Sequence record: NC_102531.1
Strand: one strand, 5' to 3'
Source of the DNA: a phage
Length of the DNA: 64,000 bases
The notes under the pieces are model-generated. The model was given only the letters and a program-made list of their open reading frames with translations. It did not search any database and was not told the origin of the DNA. The position numbers and the translations under genes are program-made. This document shows, in pieces, positions 1 to 8,905 of this stretch. Within the stretch, counting starts at the first letter, position 1, and every line of letters begins with the position of its first letter.

Positions 1-867
1 CTCTTGGAATCCACCATCGTCGTGCCCCTCTATGGTCCATTCGCGCCCAGGATTAATATTGCAATCCCCGATAGGGATCTCTACACAGATTGCAGGGTAG
101 TCTGTCAATGTTTCCAGAAACTTAGAGCGGTAAGGTTGGTGTCCCATCACCACACGGCTCTCATCAGAGCTGGTATAACCTTTCAGGATGGTCATTTTCC
201 AACCATCTTTCTCGTAGCGATACTGCGCCTCAACCTTGTCACCTTCCAGCATCTTACTGGTCATAGGGTCGGTAACGGTAAACGGAAACTTTGCATAGCG
301 TAGGCATGACGCAATAGCAGTGCGATATTTCAGAACATGCTCTTTCTTAACATGGAACTGAACTTTTACCCCGTTGTGCTCTTCAGTCTTCCGCTCGCGG
401 ATCTTGGTAACGTTTGGGATACCCTGATCCAAGAACAACAGATATGTGCTTTCAACACCGTTGTGCACACTGATCACATCGAAAGTGTCCACCATGCTGA
501 ACGGGGCCTTTGAACCTACACCTTTATTACCTACCAGAGCGTTGCTGTTGCGCTTGGTTGACTCCCCGAGGTTCATGAAAGTGTTGCGGACCATCTCTTC
601 CGACATGCCCAATCCAACGTCCTGCACAAAGAAGTATGGTTCAAGGTCTGTAGGAGAGTGAATGATGATCGGTACATCACCCCGTCCAGACTCAACATGG
701 GAGTCCACAGCATTGAAGATTGGTTCACGGCAGCTTGCCAGCACCTTATCTTCGTAAATCCCTTTAATGATTAGCCCAAAAGTCTCTTTGTTCAGAGAAA
801 TTGAGCCCCTGGTGACCTCCATATTTCCGGTTAGTACTGCTTTAGTTTCATTACTGTTTACAATCAT
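1..867 (-). CDS. HSP90/MORC-like GHKL ATPase, N-terminal ~289 aa; gene continues beyond window start
   Basis: Absent from ORF track because truncated by the window edge. Minus-strand translation from ATG 867..865 (ATGA overlap with upstream stop) is open to position 1: MIVNSNETKAV... Bergerat-fold motifs REPIFNAVDS, VQDVGLGMSEEMV, GNKGVGSKAPF. Confidence 0.5.
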   Translation of the reverse strand, partial: MIVNSNETKAVLTGNMEVTRGSISLNKETFGLIIKGIYEDKVLASCREPIFNAVDSHVESGRGDVPIIIHSPTDLEPYFFVQDVGLGMSEEMVRNTFMNLGESTKRNSNALVGNKGVGSKAPFSMVDTFDVISVHNGVESTYLLFLDQGIPNVTKIRERKTEEHNGVKVQFHVKKEHVLKYRTAIASCLRYAKFPFTVTDPMTSKMLEGDKVEAQYRYEKDGWKMTILKGYTSSDESRVVMGHQPYRSKFLETLTDYPAICVEIPIGDCNINPGREWTIEGHDDGGFQE

Positions 868-1364
868 TTATTGCGCTCCTTGTAGTAGATATGACTCCCG
901 AATTGAGCTGTCCTCTGCATCTTTTTTGCCCATTTCGGTCGTACTTTGGTTGTATGGTAGTGTGTTGCTCCACCTGTTATGTCCATAGCCATGTATGCAA
1001 CATGGTTGTTATTATAGACCTTTAGAAGCATCTTTGCAAGACTTTTAGCGTGATCCCATGAATCTTTTTCTGTCACCTTAAAAGTTTTGCCGTGGTTTGT
1101 CCACGAAAACTGGTTAGGTTGGTAGACAATCTTTCTTATAGTGTCTGGGTATTTGGGGTGAGATTTCCTGTTTAGTGTGGCAAACCCTGATGCCAGCATA
1201 CCCATCGTGCCATCCCCTCTAGCCTCCCTGTAGATATTGCATGCCAGAATGTTTTCCTTAGTATCTGAGGGCTTGCAAGTATGATATACTTTTTGTTTTG
1301 GTGCTGCAACAACAGGCAGCGATAAAAGTGCGCTCAAAATAATAGCAAAGATCTTAATTTTCAC
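864..1364 (-). CDS. secreted cell-wall hydrolase, SleB/Hydrolase_2 family (candidate signal-peptide endolysin)
   Basis: GTG start with GGAG 5 nt upstream. N-terminal signal peptide MKIKIFAIILSALLSLPVVAAP; motifs ILACNIYREARGDG...ATLNRKSHPKYPDTIRKIVYQPNQFSW and GGATHYHT match the SleB-type fold. Confidence 0.6.
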   Translation of the reverse strand: MKIKIFAIILSALLSLPVVAAPKQKVYHTCKPSDTKENILACNIYREARGDGTMGMLASGFATLNRKSHPKYPDTIRKIVYQPNQFSWTNHGKTFKVTEKDSWDHAKSLAKMLLKVYNNNHVAYMAMDITGGATHYHTTKVRPKWAKKMQRTAQFGSHIYYKERNK

Positions 1365-1384
1365 AATGACTCCAAATAGAAAAT

Positions 1385-1400
1385 CCCCGCCGAAGCGGGG
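1385..1400 (-). terminator. rho-independent terminator, UUCG-tetraloop hairpin plus U-tract
   Basis: Plus strand ccccgccgaagcgggg preceded by an A-run; on the minus transcript this is ccccgcUUCGgcgggg followed by auuuucuauuu. Sits between the 1413 and 1364 genes. Confidence 0.5.
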
Positions 1401-1412
1401 AGGTCTTAGAAA

Positions 1413-1793
1413 TTAATCGTAGTGTGCCAAAATCTCTCCATCGTTGCAAGTTCCCTCTACAAAGTTATGAAGATTCATGCACTCATCTTGATAGAAGAAT
1501 TTACCGCTTTTCAGCCGTAGGCCAAACAACTCCGCATCTCCACGATGGCAAGCCTCTACAAGTTCATAGATTTCATACGGCAACTCTCCGTCGTCATGGA
1601 AGAATCCAGCCTTATCGTTGACATAAATGAAGAAATAATCACTGCTATCGCAAGCATCCAATATTTTAAACCAGATTTCATCTACATCTTTTTCTCGGAT
1701 ATCGATCACGCAAGTGGAGCTGCATTCGTACTCCTTCTCCGGCTCCTCGGTCAATACCACCAGGTAGTTTCCCCGCTTACCTACTTTAGCCAT
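1413..1793 (-). CDS. hypothetical protein (126 aa from internal ATG)
   Basis: ORF track 1413..1841; ATG at 1793 has SD GGGGGG 4-5 nt upstream and overlaps the stop of the AAA gene. No recognisable domain. Confidence 0.45.
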   Translation of the reverse strand: MAKVGKRGNYLVVLTEEPEKEYECSSTCVIDIREKDVDEIWFKILDACDSSDYFFIYVNDKAGFFHDDGELPYEIYELVEACHRGDAELFGLRLKSGKFFYQDECMNLHNFVEGTCNDGEILAHYD

Positions 1794-1803
1794 ACAACCC
1801 CCC

Positions 1804-2988
1804 TTAAGCTTTAGCCAAAATGGCGCTAAACTCTTCACCAAACTCTTTTACAATCTTCATCAGGTTTGGGTATGCTTTGATCAGCTGAGCAACAATCTTG
1901 TCACGCCCTTTACCGATAAGCAAGGCATTTCCTAAGGCATTAGGTTTCATCATCGCCATAAAGACTGAGAATACAAAATCTCGGTTCTCGTCCTTGAAGT
2001 TTTCCCAAAGGAAATCGAGGAAGTTTGCCACGCAGCTGACAAGATCTTCGTCTGAGATACTTGCATTTTCCATCATATTACGAATAGCGATACAACCTTC
2101 AGATCCAAGAATCCACAAAATGTCTGGCTGCTTAGGACCTACGTATTCTTTGCAGCCACCTGCCATAATCCGACCGATTTCCGGTAAATTGCGTTTCTTG
2201 GTGTGGTATGTCCAGATCTCTACCGCTGCAGTGTGACCAATAGCACCTTGCAGAAGAATACGGGACATAGCGTCAGAAATAATACCGCTGTCAAAATCGT
2301 GCAAGATGTCAGATGCAGCAACCCAAGATCGTGGTGTGGCAAAAGATGGACAATTAATCTCAGCCATAGCCTCATAATTATCAATAGCTGATGGAACTCT
2401 TTTCAGATACCCAATTACAGAGGAGTGAACCCCGTTGAGGAATGCGTAGTCCTCAATAAACACCTCTGCATTGCTTGTAACCTCTACAATGATAAAGCGG
2501 TTAGCCAGAGGGGCTTCGAGCGCCGAAAGAACCGCACCATCTGTAGAACGGTTACCCGCAGCCACAAAAACAGAACCCTTAGGGAATGCATAGGTGCCGC
2601 ACTTGTGGTCAAGCATAATTTGCATTGCAACCTTTTGCAGGTAGTTATCTGCATGAGTGAGCTCATCCAGAAAGATAATTCCGCTCCAGTCAGGATCCGC
2701 AGGCCAAAATTCTGGAATTGCAAACACTGTACGTGTAGTTCCATCCGCTTCTACAGGGATAGGTAGCCCAGATAAGTCGGCAGGATCTTTATCTGACAGT
2801 CGCACGTCAACAAGGTTGTCATCTCGCTCACCGAACATATTATCAGCGATCTGCTTCATCACCTGGCTTTTACCCACACCCATTGGTCCCAAAATTAGGA
2901 CAGATCGGCTATGACGTTGGGCAAACTGAATAATAGCTGGCAACTCACGGACAGTGATTTGACCACTTTCGAATACGTTTCTTGACAT
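1804..2988 (-). CDS. MoxR-like AAA+ ATPase (AAA_5/CbbQ-type)
   Basis: 394 aa. Walker A GPMGVGKS, Walker B IIFLDELTHA, single AAA core with C-terminal extension. Family assigned from motifs only. Confidence 0.65.
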   Translation of the reverse strand: MSRNVFESGQITVRELPAIIQFAQRHSRSVLILGPMGVGKSQVMKQIADNMFGERDDNLVDVRLSDKDPADLSGLPIPVEADGTTRTVFAIPEFWPADPDWSGIIFLDELTHADNYLQKVAMQIMLDHKCGTYAFPKGSVFVAAGNRSTDGAVLSALEAPLANRFIIVEVTSNAEVFIEDYAFLNGVHSSVIGYLKRVPSAIDNYEAMAEINCPSFATPRSWVAASDILHDFDSGIISDAMSRILLQGAIGHTAAVEIWTYHTKKRNLPEIGRIMAGGCKEYVGPKQPDILWILGSEGCIAIRNMMENASISDEDLVSCVANFLDFLWENFKDENRDFVFSVFMAMMKPNALGNALLIGKGRDKIVAQLIKAYPNLMKIVKEFGEEFSAILAKA

Positions 2989-3257
2989 TAGTAAAAGTCC
3001 TCTACTTGTGTGTAAGTGTTTTCAAAGTTTTCCAAAACAGATATCACATCGAATCTGTCAATATCATACGTGACTCTCCAGTTGTACGCAACCCTTTCTG
3101 CTGTTGCCTCTTCTGGCGCTAGTCGTCTGCTGGCATAAAAGAGTGTTGGAGTACACTTTCTTGCTTGCCCTCTAACTTTCCCATAATAATATCTGTGAAT
3201 ATCTTTGTCAAAATTTAACTCTTTTTCTGCACGAAGTTCATATTGCTGGTATAACAT
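2988..3257 (-). CDS. hypothetical protein (89 aa)
   Basis: ORF track; tightly packed in the minus-strand operon; no recognisable motif. Confidence 0.45.
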   Translation of the reverse strand: MLYQQYELRAEKELNFDKDIHRYYYGKVRGQARKCTPTLFYASRRLAPEEATAERVAYNWRVTYDIDRFDVISVLENFENTYTQVEDFY

Positions 3258-3301
3258 CTCTACTACTCCTTAAGCAGCATCCTTGCCGCCATTCCTGCCC
3301 A

Positions 3302-3682
3302 CTAAAATGCAGTCCGAATCCAGACAAGGTTCTTATCTGCCCAATCATAGAGGCAAGTCATTGCACTATTGAATTGCTCACACGGAGGATAATCTTCTTC
3401 CATCTGGCGCATAGCAGAGCCTTGTGGGTAAAGCTCCCGTGCTGCAAACCACGCATCGTAGTCATCCACGGTATCGAAGTAGTATACAACATCCTCCAAC
3501 TCAGGATCGAACTTTGAACTATCAGGATCCAGTTGTTCAGGGAACTTGGAGCGTAACTTGCCAGCCACAATACTTGCCAACTCGCTAACATGCTTATTGT
3601 CCCACTCCACTAGCTTCCCGTCTTCAGTGATGCGTCCTAACCACTGATCATGAAGGTCAACTGTTGTCTTCCACTGAGCCAT
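3302..3682 (-). CDS. hypothetical protein (126 aa)
   Basis: ORF track; start immediately downstream of the 3685 gene stop; acidic; no recognisable motif. Confidence 0.5.
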   Translation of the reverse strand: MAQWKTTVDLHDQWLGRITEDGKLVEWDNKHVSELASIVAGKLRSKFPEQLDPDSSKFDPELEDVVYYFDTVDDYDAWFAARELYPQGSAMRQMEEDYPPCEQFNSAMTCLYDWADKNLVWIRTAF

Positions 3683-3684
3683 TA

Positions 3685-3942
3685 TCAGTCCACCTCTTCT
3701 TCTCGTTGTAGTTCAAGATACCCGTAGGTCTGGACATCTTGAAGGGTGTGGAACTCCCCCTCTGCCGCTAAGGCACGAACAACTTGGCACAAAACCTTAT
3801 GAGGAACTTCATCCAAACCTAGATTCAGTGCAGGAAACACCTTATCTAAGTCAACAAAATAAACGAACTGTAGCTCACCAGCTTCAAAAGGTGTATCTTC
3901 AATAAACATCTTCTCGGCATTAGTCAAGATCTGCACTTTCAT
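3685..3942 (-). CDS. hypothetical protein (85 aa)
   Basis: ORF track; start overlaps stop of upstream gene at 3942. Confidence 0.45.
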   Translation of the reverse strand: MKVQILTNAEKMFIEDTPFEAGELQFVYFVDLDKVFPALNLGLDEVPHKVLCQVVRALAAEGEFHTLQDVQTYGYLELQREEEVD

Positions 3943-4298
3943 TATTCTACCTCCTCTTCTTTTTCTTCGGCATTAGTTTCATGGCTACTCCACTCGGGAG
4001 TTTCTACCTCGACAGTAAACTCACGCACTACACGGTAATTGCCCATGAAGCGCTCTACTTCGTCAAGGCTTATGGAGAGGCCATTGGCAACCAGGTCTGC
4101 AGCACCCTCTTCTACCAGGTAGTCCAGATTGGCTTCCAGAGCCTCAGGTTCAAACCCTGTCAATGCAATCAGATAACCTTCCCCTTCATCAGGGAGGACA
4201 ATACAGCCCAATTGATTTTCTTTAAAAAGGCAGTGACCATCATTATTGATTGGGTGTTCATTGCAGTAAATAGCTGCACGATAAGTAACTTTAGACAT
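3942..4298 (-). CDS. hypothetical acidic protein; start inside a 29-bp inverted repeat
   Basis: ORF track 3942..4319; ATG at 4298 has SD AAGGAGA 8 nt upstream, giving MSKVTYRA... First codons lie inside the repeat shared with 6137..6165. Confidence 0.45.
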   Translation of the reverse strand: MSKVTYRAAIYCNEHPINNDGHCLFKENQLGCIVLPDEGEGYLIALTGFEPEALEANLDYLVEEGAADLVANGLSISLDEVERFMGNYRVVREFTVEVETPEWSSHETNAEEKEEEVE

Positions 4299-4311
4299 CG
4301 GTAAGGTCTCC

Positions 4312-4590
4312 TTAGGCAATTGTCATTTTACATTCTTGAAATTTTAACACAAGACGGTGATTGTGTCTAGTGTCTAAAAAGATTTTTTCAACCATCAGGC
4401 ACACGGTATAACCGTCCATCTTGTTGACAACAAAATCTCCAGGATGAGGGAGGATGTCTCCCGGATTGGGGAAACATAGTCCACTCAGAAAGGCATCGTC
4501 AGTGGTGGACTTAATAGATTTCCACACACTGTCTGCCTGAACATGTTCGCCGACGTAATATACATTACCACATGCCTTCATCATAGTCAA
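4312..4590 (-). CDS. hypothetical protein (92 aa)
   Basis: ORF track; start overlaps stop of the 4587..5486 gene. Confidence 0.45.
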   Translation of the reverse strand: MTMMKACGNVYYVGEHVQADSVWKSIKSTTDDAFLSGLCFPNPGDILPHPGDFVVNKMDGYTVCLMVEKIFLDTRHNHRLVLKFQECKMTIA

Positions 4591-5486
4591 ACCCTCGCAT
4601 AAATTAAACTTGTATCAGTATACTTCTTTAATGGGTAAATATCCTGTCCATAGATGCAATCATTAAACACCTCATCTACCCAAAGGCTACACTTATATCC
4701 CATCATTTCTAAAACACCCATCTCTTCTTCGGTAAACTTATCACCGCTCTTGCAAGATGTCAATACCTCATTCTGAACTCTTGCTACCTCGAAGCGGTTA
4801 TTGGCAATATCGCTATTGGCGATCAAATACTCACCTAGAGGGTGTGCGGCATTAAAGATGCACAGTGGACGGCTGACGTAATAGTCTCCGGGTGTATAAA
4901 AATTGTTGAGGTCTTTCACTAGAACATTCTTATCAGTCACTTCATTTATAACATCATGCATATCGCACATCTTTATATGTTTGAGGATTCCATCCCCCAT
5001 CACAAAATAAAAACTTGCTGAGACACTTTCGGCATAGATCTTACTAGATCCGTTGTAGTTGTATTTTACTCGGATGCTAACGGGGGTTTTTCCTGTCGCG
5101 TTAGCCATCATCCAAAGAAATGGCAGCTCATACTTCTCCTCTGAGGAAACAAAAGGTGAGGTAGCCAGAGATCGAAAACCTCCAGAGAAGTTGAAAGTTA
5201 CAGAACCGCTCCGGCGGTATGATACCGCGTATTCTACTTTTATATCGACGTACCCATTGGAATAGGTGTGTCCTTCATTATCTAAATATGTCCACTTATC
5301 AGACCCAGATACCAATCTACGCTCAATAACCTTCATCACTACAGGAATTAGTGGGTTGGTACAAACCGCTTTTGAAGTAGCTTTATCATCTAAAGCCTCG
5401 TAAATTGCAGAAAGGATGTCCCCAGCTGAAAGATTGGTTGTTATGTCCTGTTTCCACCGCGTACTAAAACTGTTAAGATTTGCCAT
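4587..5486 (-). CDS. hypothetical protein (299 aa), first gene of minus-strand early operon
   Basis: ATG at 5486 with SD AGGAG 9 nt upstream and a sigma70-like promoter further upstream. No recognisable domain. Confidence 0.55.
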   Translation of the reverse strand: MANLNSFSTRWKQDITTNLSAGDILSAIYEALDDKATSKAVCTNPLIPVVMKVIERRLVSGSDKWTYLDNEGHTYSNGYVDIKVEYAVSYRRSGSVTFNFSGGFRSLATSPFVSSEEKYELPFLWMMANATGKTPVSIRVKYNYNGSSKIYAESVSASFYFVMGDGILKHIKMCDMHDVINEVTDKNVLVKDLNNFYTPGDYYVSRPLCIFNAAHPLGEYLIANSDIANNRFEVARVQNEVLTSCKSGDKFTEEEMGVLEMMGYKCSLWVDEVFNDCIYGQDIYPLKKYTDTSLIYARV

Positions 5487-5526
5487 AAGTAAGTGCTCCT
5501 ATGTTAGTTTTCTTTCGAATGGGTGC

Positions 5527-5555
5527 ACTATATTGTGGAGTTAGAGTAAAGTCAA
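5527..5555 (-). promoter_or_regulatory. sigma70-like promoter for minus-strand operon
   Basis: Minus-strand reading: TTGACT (5555..5550), 17-nt spacer, TATAGT (5532..5527), then leader with AGGAG before ATG 5486. Confidence 0.5.
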
Positions 5556-5568
5556 CACGTTTTTGATG

Positions 5569-5597
5569 TTGACATCTGTTGAGACAATTGATACGAT
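5569..5597 (+). promoter_or_regulatory. sigma70-like promoter for plus-strand operon
   Basis: TTGACA 5569..5574, 17-nt spacer, TACGAT 5592..5597. Lies inside the TTG-initiated N-terminal extension of ORF 5563. Confidence 0.45.
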
Positions 5598-5628
5598 TTC
5601 TTCACTTACAGAGCACGAGAGACGACTC

Positions 5629-6606
5629 ATGAATCTTGAAAAATATTATACACCAGAAGAGTTAGAGCGCTTGCTCAAAAAATATAGACGCAAACAGAAT
5701 AACGCACGGAAACGAGATATAGAGTTCGACCTGTCATGGGAAGAATACCTCCTATTTGGTAAAAAACTTTTAGGAGATGGAGTATGCGACTATACCCTTA
5801 TACCTTTTGACATGCACACAGATGAAAACGGGCTGGGAAATCCTTTCTACCCATCTCTGGAGCGGATAGATGATGAAGGTCCTTATGCGGTTGATAACTG
5901 TTGTGTGGTGGGATTGAGATGCAACTCTCTAAAGGACTGTCTGGTAGATAAAAAGACTGCAGTCTTGATTAAAGACGAAACTGATCGAAAAATTGTCCAG
6001 CAGATGATGCTCCACCTGAGCGAAGAGCGTATGGAGAAATTGAAAGGTGATTATACTTTTGAAGATTTCATCTTGCAATATGGAACGGAAGAGGATAAAC
6101 TAGCACTCTTTGACGAAGAAGAGGAGGAAGATATGCTACCGATGTCTAAAGTTACTTATCGTGCACCCAAGAAGCACATTTCCGACATTGTAAACGAGCC
6201 TATCACAGAAGAGATTGAAGAAATGACGCAACAGGTGCATGAAGAGGAAAAAGAGACTCAGGAGGTCGAAGAGGAGCTTACAGAAGAGGTTCCTGCACTA
6301 CCTGATGATGTTGAGATTGCCAAAGCTTACACTTTCTATTGTCAAACGTTCTACGATGTAGGTATGAAAGTTGATCTGTCGTTCAGCCAATTTAAGAGTT
6401 CGTATATTCGCAAATGCTGTGCTTTAACTGGTGAACGTCTTGAAGCTGGACTTAAACCTCTGTTGGTGACCGACTGGAATAAAGGTTTCACTAAAGGAAA
6501 CTTTATGGTAGTATCTCCAATTATGGAGAAAGCTATGACAGATCTTATGAAGACCACCCGCATGACAATGACCGAGTTGGCAGGTATTTTCAAACACGTT
6601 AAATAA
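5629..6606 (+). CDS. HNH-like (His-Me finger) domain protein with acidic linker
   Basis: ORF track 5563..6606 (TTG start); ATG 5629 lies downstream of the promoter. Motifs CDY...DMH...SLERID...NCCVVGLRCNSLK; second half starts MSKVTYRA inside the 29-bp repeat. Confidence 0.4.
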   Translation: MNLEKYYTPEELERLLKKYRRKQNNARKRDIEFDLSWEEYLLFGKKLLGDGVCDYTLIPFDMHTDENGLGNPFYPSLERIDDEGPYAVDNCCVVGLRCNSLKDCLVDKKTAVLIKDETDRKIVQQMMLHLSEERMEKLKGDYTFEDFILQYGTEEDKLALFDEEEEEDMLPMSKVTYRAPKKHISDIVNEPITEEIEEMTQQVHEEEKETQEVEEELTEEVPALPDDVEIAKAYTFYCQTFYDVGMKVDLSFSQFKSSYIRKCCALTGERLEAGLKPLLVTDWNKGFTKGNFMVVSPIMEKAMTDLMKTTRMTMTELAGIFKHVK

Positions 6607-6639
6607 TAACAGGGGCCAATGGCCCCTTCTGGAGTTTTA

Positions 6640-8100
6640 ATGGATAGCAGAAGTTCAGAAATCATTGCCTCGCAGAAAGATGATGCCCTGAGAATGTTGC
6701 AGGCTGCACGTATGTATCTCCTTGAAAAGCTGCCGTTCTATGGCACACTACTGTCAGGGTTGCAGTTCGTAGAAAACCACACATGGTGCTCCACCATGGC
6801 AACCGACCATAAACGCATCTATTACAGTCCTGAGTTCATTATGGGATTGGCTGATGAACGCAAGGCTATTCTTAAGGCTTCTCTAACTGACGAGCAGTTT
6901 GAGATGGCTGAAGTTTTCTATTCCCCAAAATCTGTGAAAGAGGTGGCCTTCCTTCTGTCACATGAGGTGGGGCATATTATCTGTGATCACCTAGTCCGTG
7001 GTAAAAGCTTTGAGCCGGAACTGTTCAATATTGCTTGTGATCACGTTATCAACACAGGCCTTGTGGTTGACTTTAGCAAACCTCCTTGTGTTTTCTTCCC
7101 GAAGGGGAAAAGCACTACGTTCGTGAAAGGTAAGCCTTTTGGCTTCTTAGCCAGCTGCTACTGCGACATGAAGTTTCATGGATGGATTGCTGAGAACGTT
7201 TATGCAGTTCTTGATAAGCAAAGAGATCAGAATAACGGTAAAAGTAAGAACGGTAAAGGTGAGAACTCTCAAAGTGATAAGCGACAAACCGATGATCACA
7301 TGAGTGGGAACGGTGGCACCAATGATAATCTTGGAAAGGCTATGGGGTATGATCAGCCACAACCTGTAATCAGCCAATCTGATAAAGATCAGGCCATGCA
7401 GGACTCTGGTGATATGCTGGAGGCAGCAATGCAAGCGTCCGGAGGCCGTTGCCCTGAGGCGGTGCGTGAGTTTGTCAAGAACAGAGGTAAACCTGTAATC
7501 AACTATATAGACATCATTAAGCAACGCATGTTGTCTAAAAGAAAGGCCGAACTGACCTACAGAAAACCTGGTCGCCGATCTGGGTCTTTGACCAGCACAA
7601 TGCGAAAAGTTGGGGCTATAAACAAGAACCAGCACGTTATTGTTCCTGGTCGTAATCCGGAAAACACTATAGATATTGTGGTGGCTTTAGACGTTTCTGG
7701 CTCGATCTCTCAAAGAACTTTAAAGAAAATGTTCAATGAAATCACCGGATTGTGCAATCTGTATAAAGAGTTTAAGGTTACAATGTTCTGTTGGTCAACT
7801 GAGGTTGGAGAGGTTAAAGTATACACTCGCGGCAACATAGACGAGATGATCAACTATGAGGTCCACTCAACATGGGGCACAACAGCTGCTTGCGTGTTCG
7901 AGTATCTGGATGCCAACATACCTAATGCAAAAGATGTCATCGTCCTGACCGACCTATACTTTGAGCATAACTTTGAACAAAAGGTTGTTGACAACAAGTG
8001 GAAAAAGTACGATACTCTATGGGTCCTCACTGAGGGGTATAATAAAAATTATATCCCGAGCTTTGGGAAAACTGTGGAATTAATCGAGTACGCTAAGTAA
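6640..8100 (+). CDS. vWA-domain protein with N-terminal HExxH putative metallopeptidase domain (DUF2201-like)
   Basis: ORF track 6619..8100; ATG 6640 has SD GGAG 5 nt upstream. N-terminal PFYG...TMATDH...LSHEVGHIICDH...FNIACDHVIN; C-terminal MIDAS-like DVSGSIS. Long Asn/Gly/Ser/Asp-rich linker. Confidence 0.6.
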   Translation: MDSRSSEIIASQKDDALRMLQAARMYLLEKLPFYGTLLSGLQFVENHTWCSTMATDHKRIYYSPEFIMGLADERKAILKASLTDEQFEMAEVFYSPKSVKEVAFLLSHEVGHIICDHLVRGKSFEPELFNIACDHVINTGLVVDFSKPPCVFFPKGKSTTFVKGKPFGFLASCYCDMKFHGWIAENVYAVLDKQRDQNNGKSKNGKGENSQSDKRQTDDHMSGNGGTNDNLGKAMGYDQPQPVISQSDKDQAMQDSGDMLEAAMQASGGRCPEAVREFVKNRGKPVINYIDIIKQRMLSKRKAELTYRKPGRRSGSLTSTMRKVGAINKNQHVIVPGRNPENTIDIVVALDVSGSISQRTLKKMFNEITGLCNLYKEFKVTMFCWSTEVGEVKVYTRGNIDEMINYEVHSTWGTTAACVFEYLDANIPNAKDVIVLTDLYFEHNFEQKVVDNKWKKYDTLWVLTEGYNKNYIPSFGKTVELIEYAK

Positions 8101-8115
8101 GAGAGGAGGTTATTT

Positions 8116-8379
8116 ATGGCAACAGAGTTAAAATTTGCATCAAACCGTAAAACTAAGAAGTATCTGTCCTCAGTAGCTCCAGGCACTGTGGTGATGTTTG
8201 TTGATGAACTTGGGGATGTGAATACAGCACTTGTTGTAAAATCACATCCTGCAAACATATATGTTGGGGTATTTGACCTGTTCAGAAAGGTGTTTGTAGA
8301 ACTACCTCACAGTTTGGTTGTTACAGAAATGGATGCCTGCATAGAAATTCTTGGCGAAGTTATGGTGGAGGAACAATAA
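8116..8379 (+). CDS. small protein, paralog 1 of a tandem four-gene family
   Basis: 87 aa; SD GAGGAGG upstream; shares MAT..F.S..K.KK...GTVV...VK...FDL...LP...VTE.D..I.ILGE pattern with the next gene. Confidence 0.6.
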   Translation: MATELKFASNRKTKKYLSSVAPGTVVMFVDELGDVNTALVVKSHPANIYVGVFDLFRKVFVELPHSLVVTEMDACIEILGEVMVEEQ

Positions 8380-8642
8380 TGGCTACCAGCATTGTATTCA
8401 ATTCTAAGGTGAAGAACAAAAAGCGTGCAGACAGCTTTCCGTGTGGGACCGTGGTAAGTTGCGACGGAGACGGCATTCAAAACATAGTTATGATTGTCAA
8501 AACAGGAGAACATTGTGTGTGGGGGTTCGATTTAGAAAATAATGAGTTGTACGATCTGCCACCAAACATGAAAGTTACAGAGCTTGACACCAAAATTACC
8601 ATCCTTGGAGAGACAAGCTATTCAAAAGAAGGAGGAGAATAA
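8379..8642 (+). CDS. small protein, paralog 2 of tandem family
   Basis: 87 aa; TAATG stop/start overlap with paralog 1; SD GGAGGAA upstream. Confidence 0.6.
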   Translation: MATSIVFNSKVKNKKRADSFPCGTVVSCDGDGIQNIVMIVKTGEHCVWGFDLENNELYDLPPNMKVTELDTKITILGETSYSKEGGE

Positions 8643-8905
8643 TGACCACAAAAATCACTATCGCAGAACCGAAAGCTAACACTCAACCTATCGAAAAGTT
8701 TAAGTGCGGTGAGGTGGTAACATTCACACCAGATAATGAAGATGCTAAGATTTTCGCAATGGTCACAGCTGAGTGGATGTGTGACAACACCACACAGGTT
8801 CTGCGTTTTGACACCTATCTTACCGATGAAATCAGGAACGACAAGATTGTGACTGGTGTGGATACTGAGATTGTTTTCTACAAGAGCTTTTTAGAGGGTT
8901 TCTGA
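8642..8905 (+). CDS. small protein, paralog 3 of tandem family (more diverged)
   Basis: 87 aa; TAATG overlap; KFKCGEVVTF and RFDTYLTDEI...VTGVDTEIVF align to paralogs 1 and 2. Confidence 0.55.
   Translation: MTTKITIAEPKANTQPIEKFKCGEVVTFTPDNEDAKIFAMVTAEWMCDNTTQVLRFDTYLTDEIRNDKIVTGVDTEIVFYKSFLEGF

Noticed and set aside
4-988. Plus-strand ORFs 4..303, 446..661 and 767..988
   Set aside because: They lie antisense to the minus-strand GHKL ATPase gene, which has clear Bergerat-fold motifs and is translationally coupled to the upstream gene.
5563-5628. TTG start at 5563 for the HNH-like protein
   Set aside because: The first codons coincide with a TTGACA-17-TACGAT promoter and have no SD; the ATG at 5629 downstream of the promoter is more plausible. 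Not proven.
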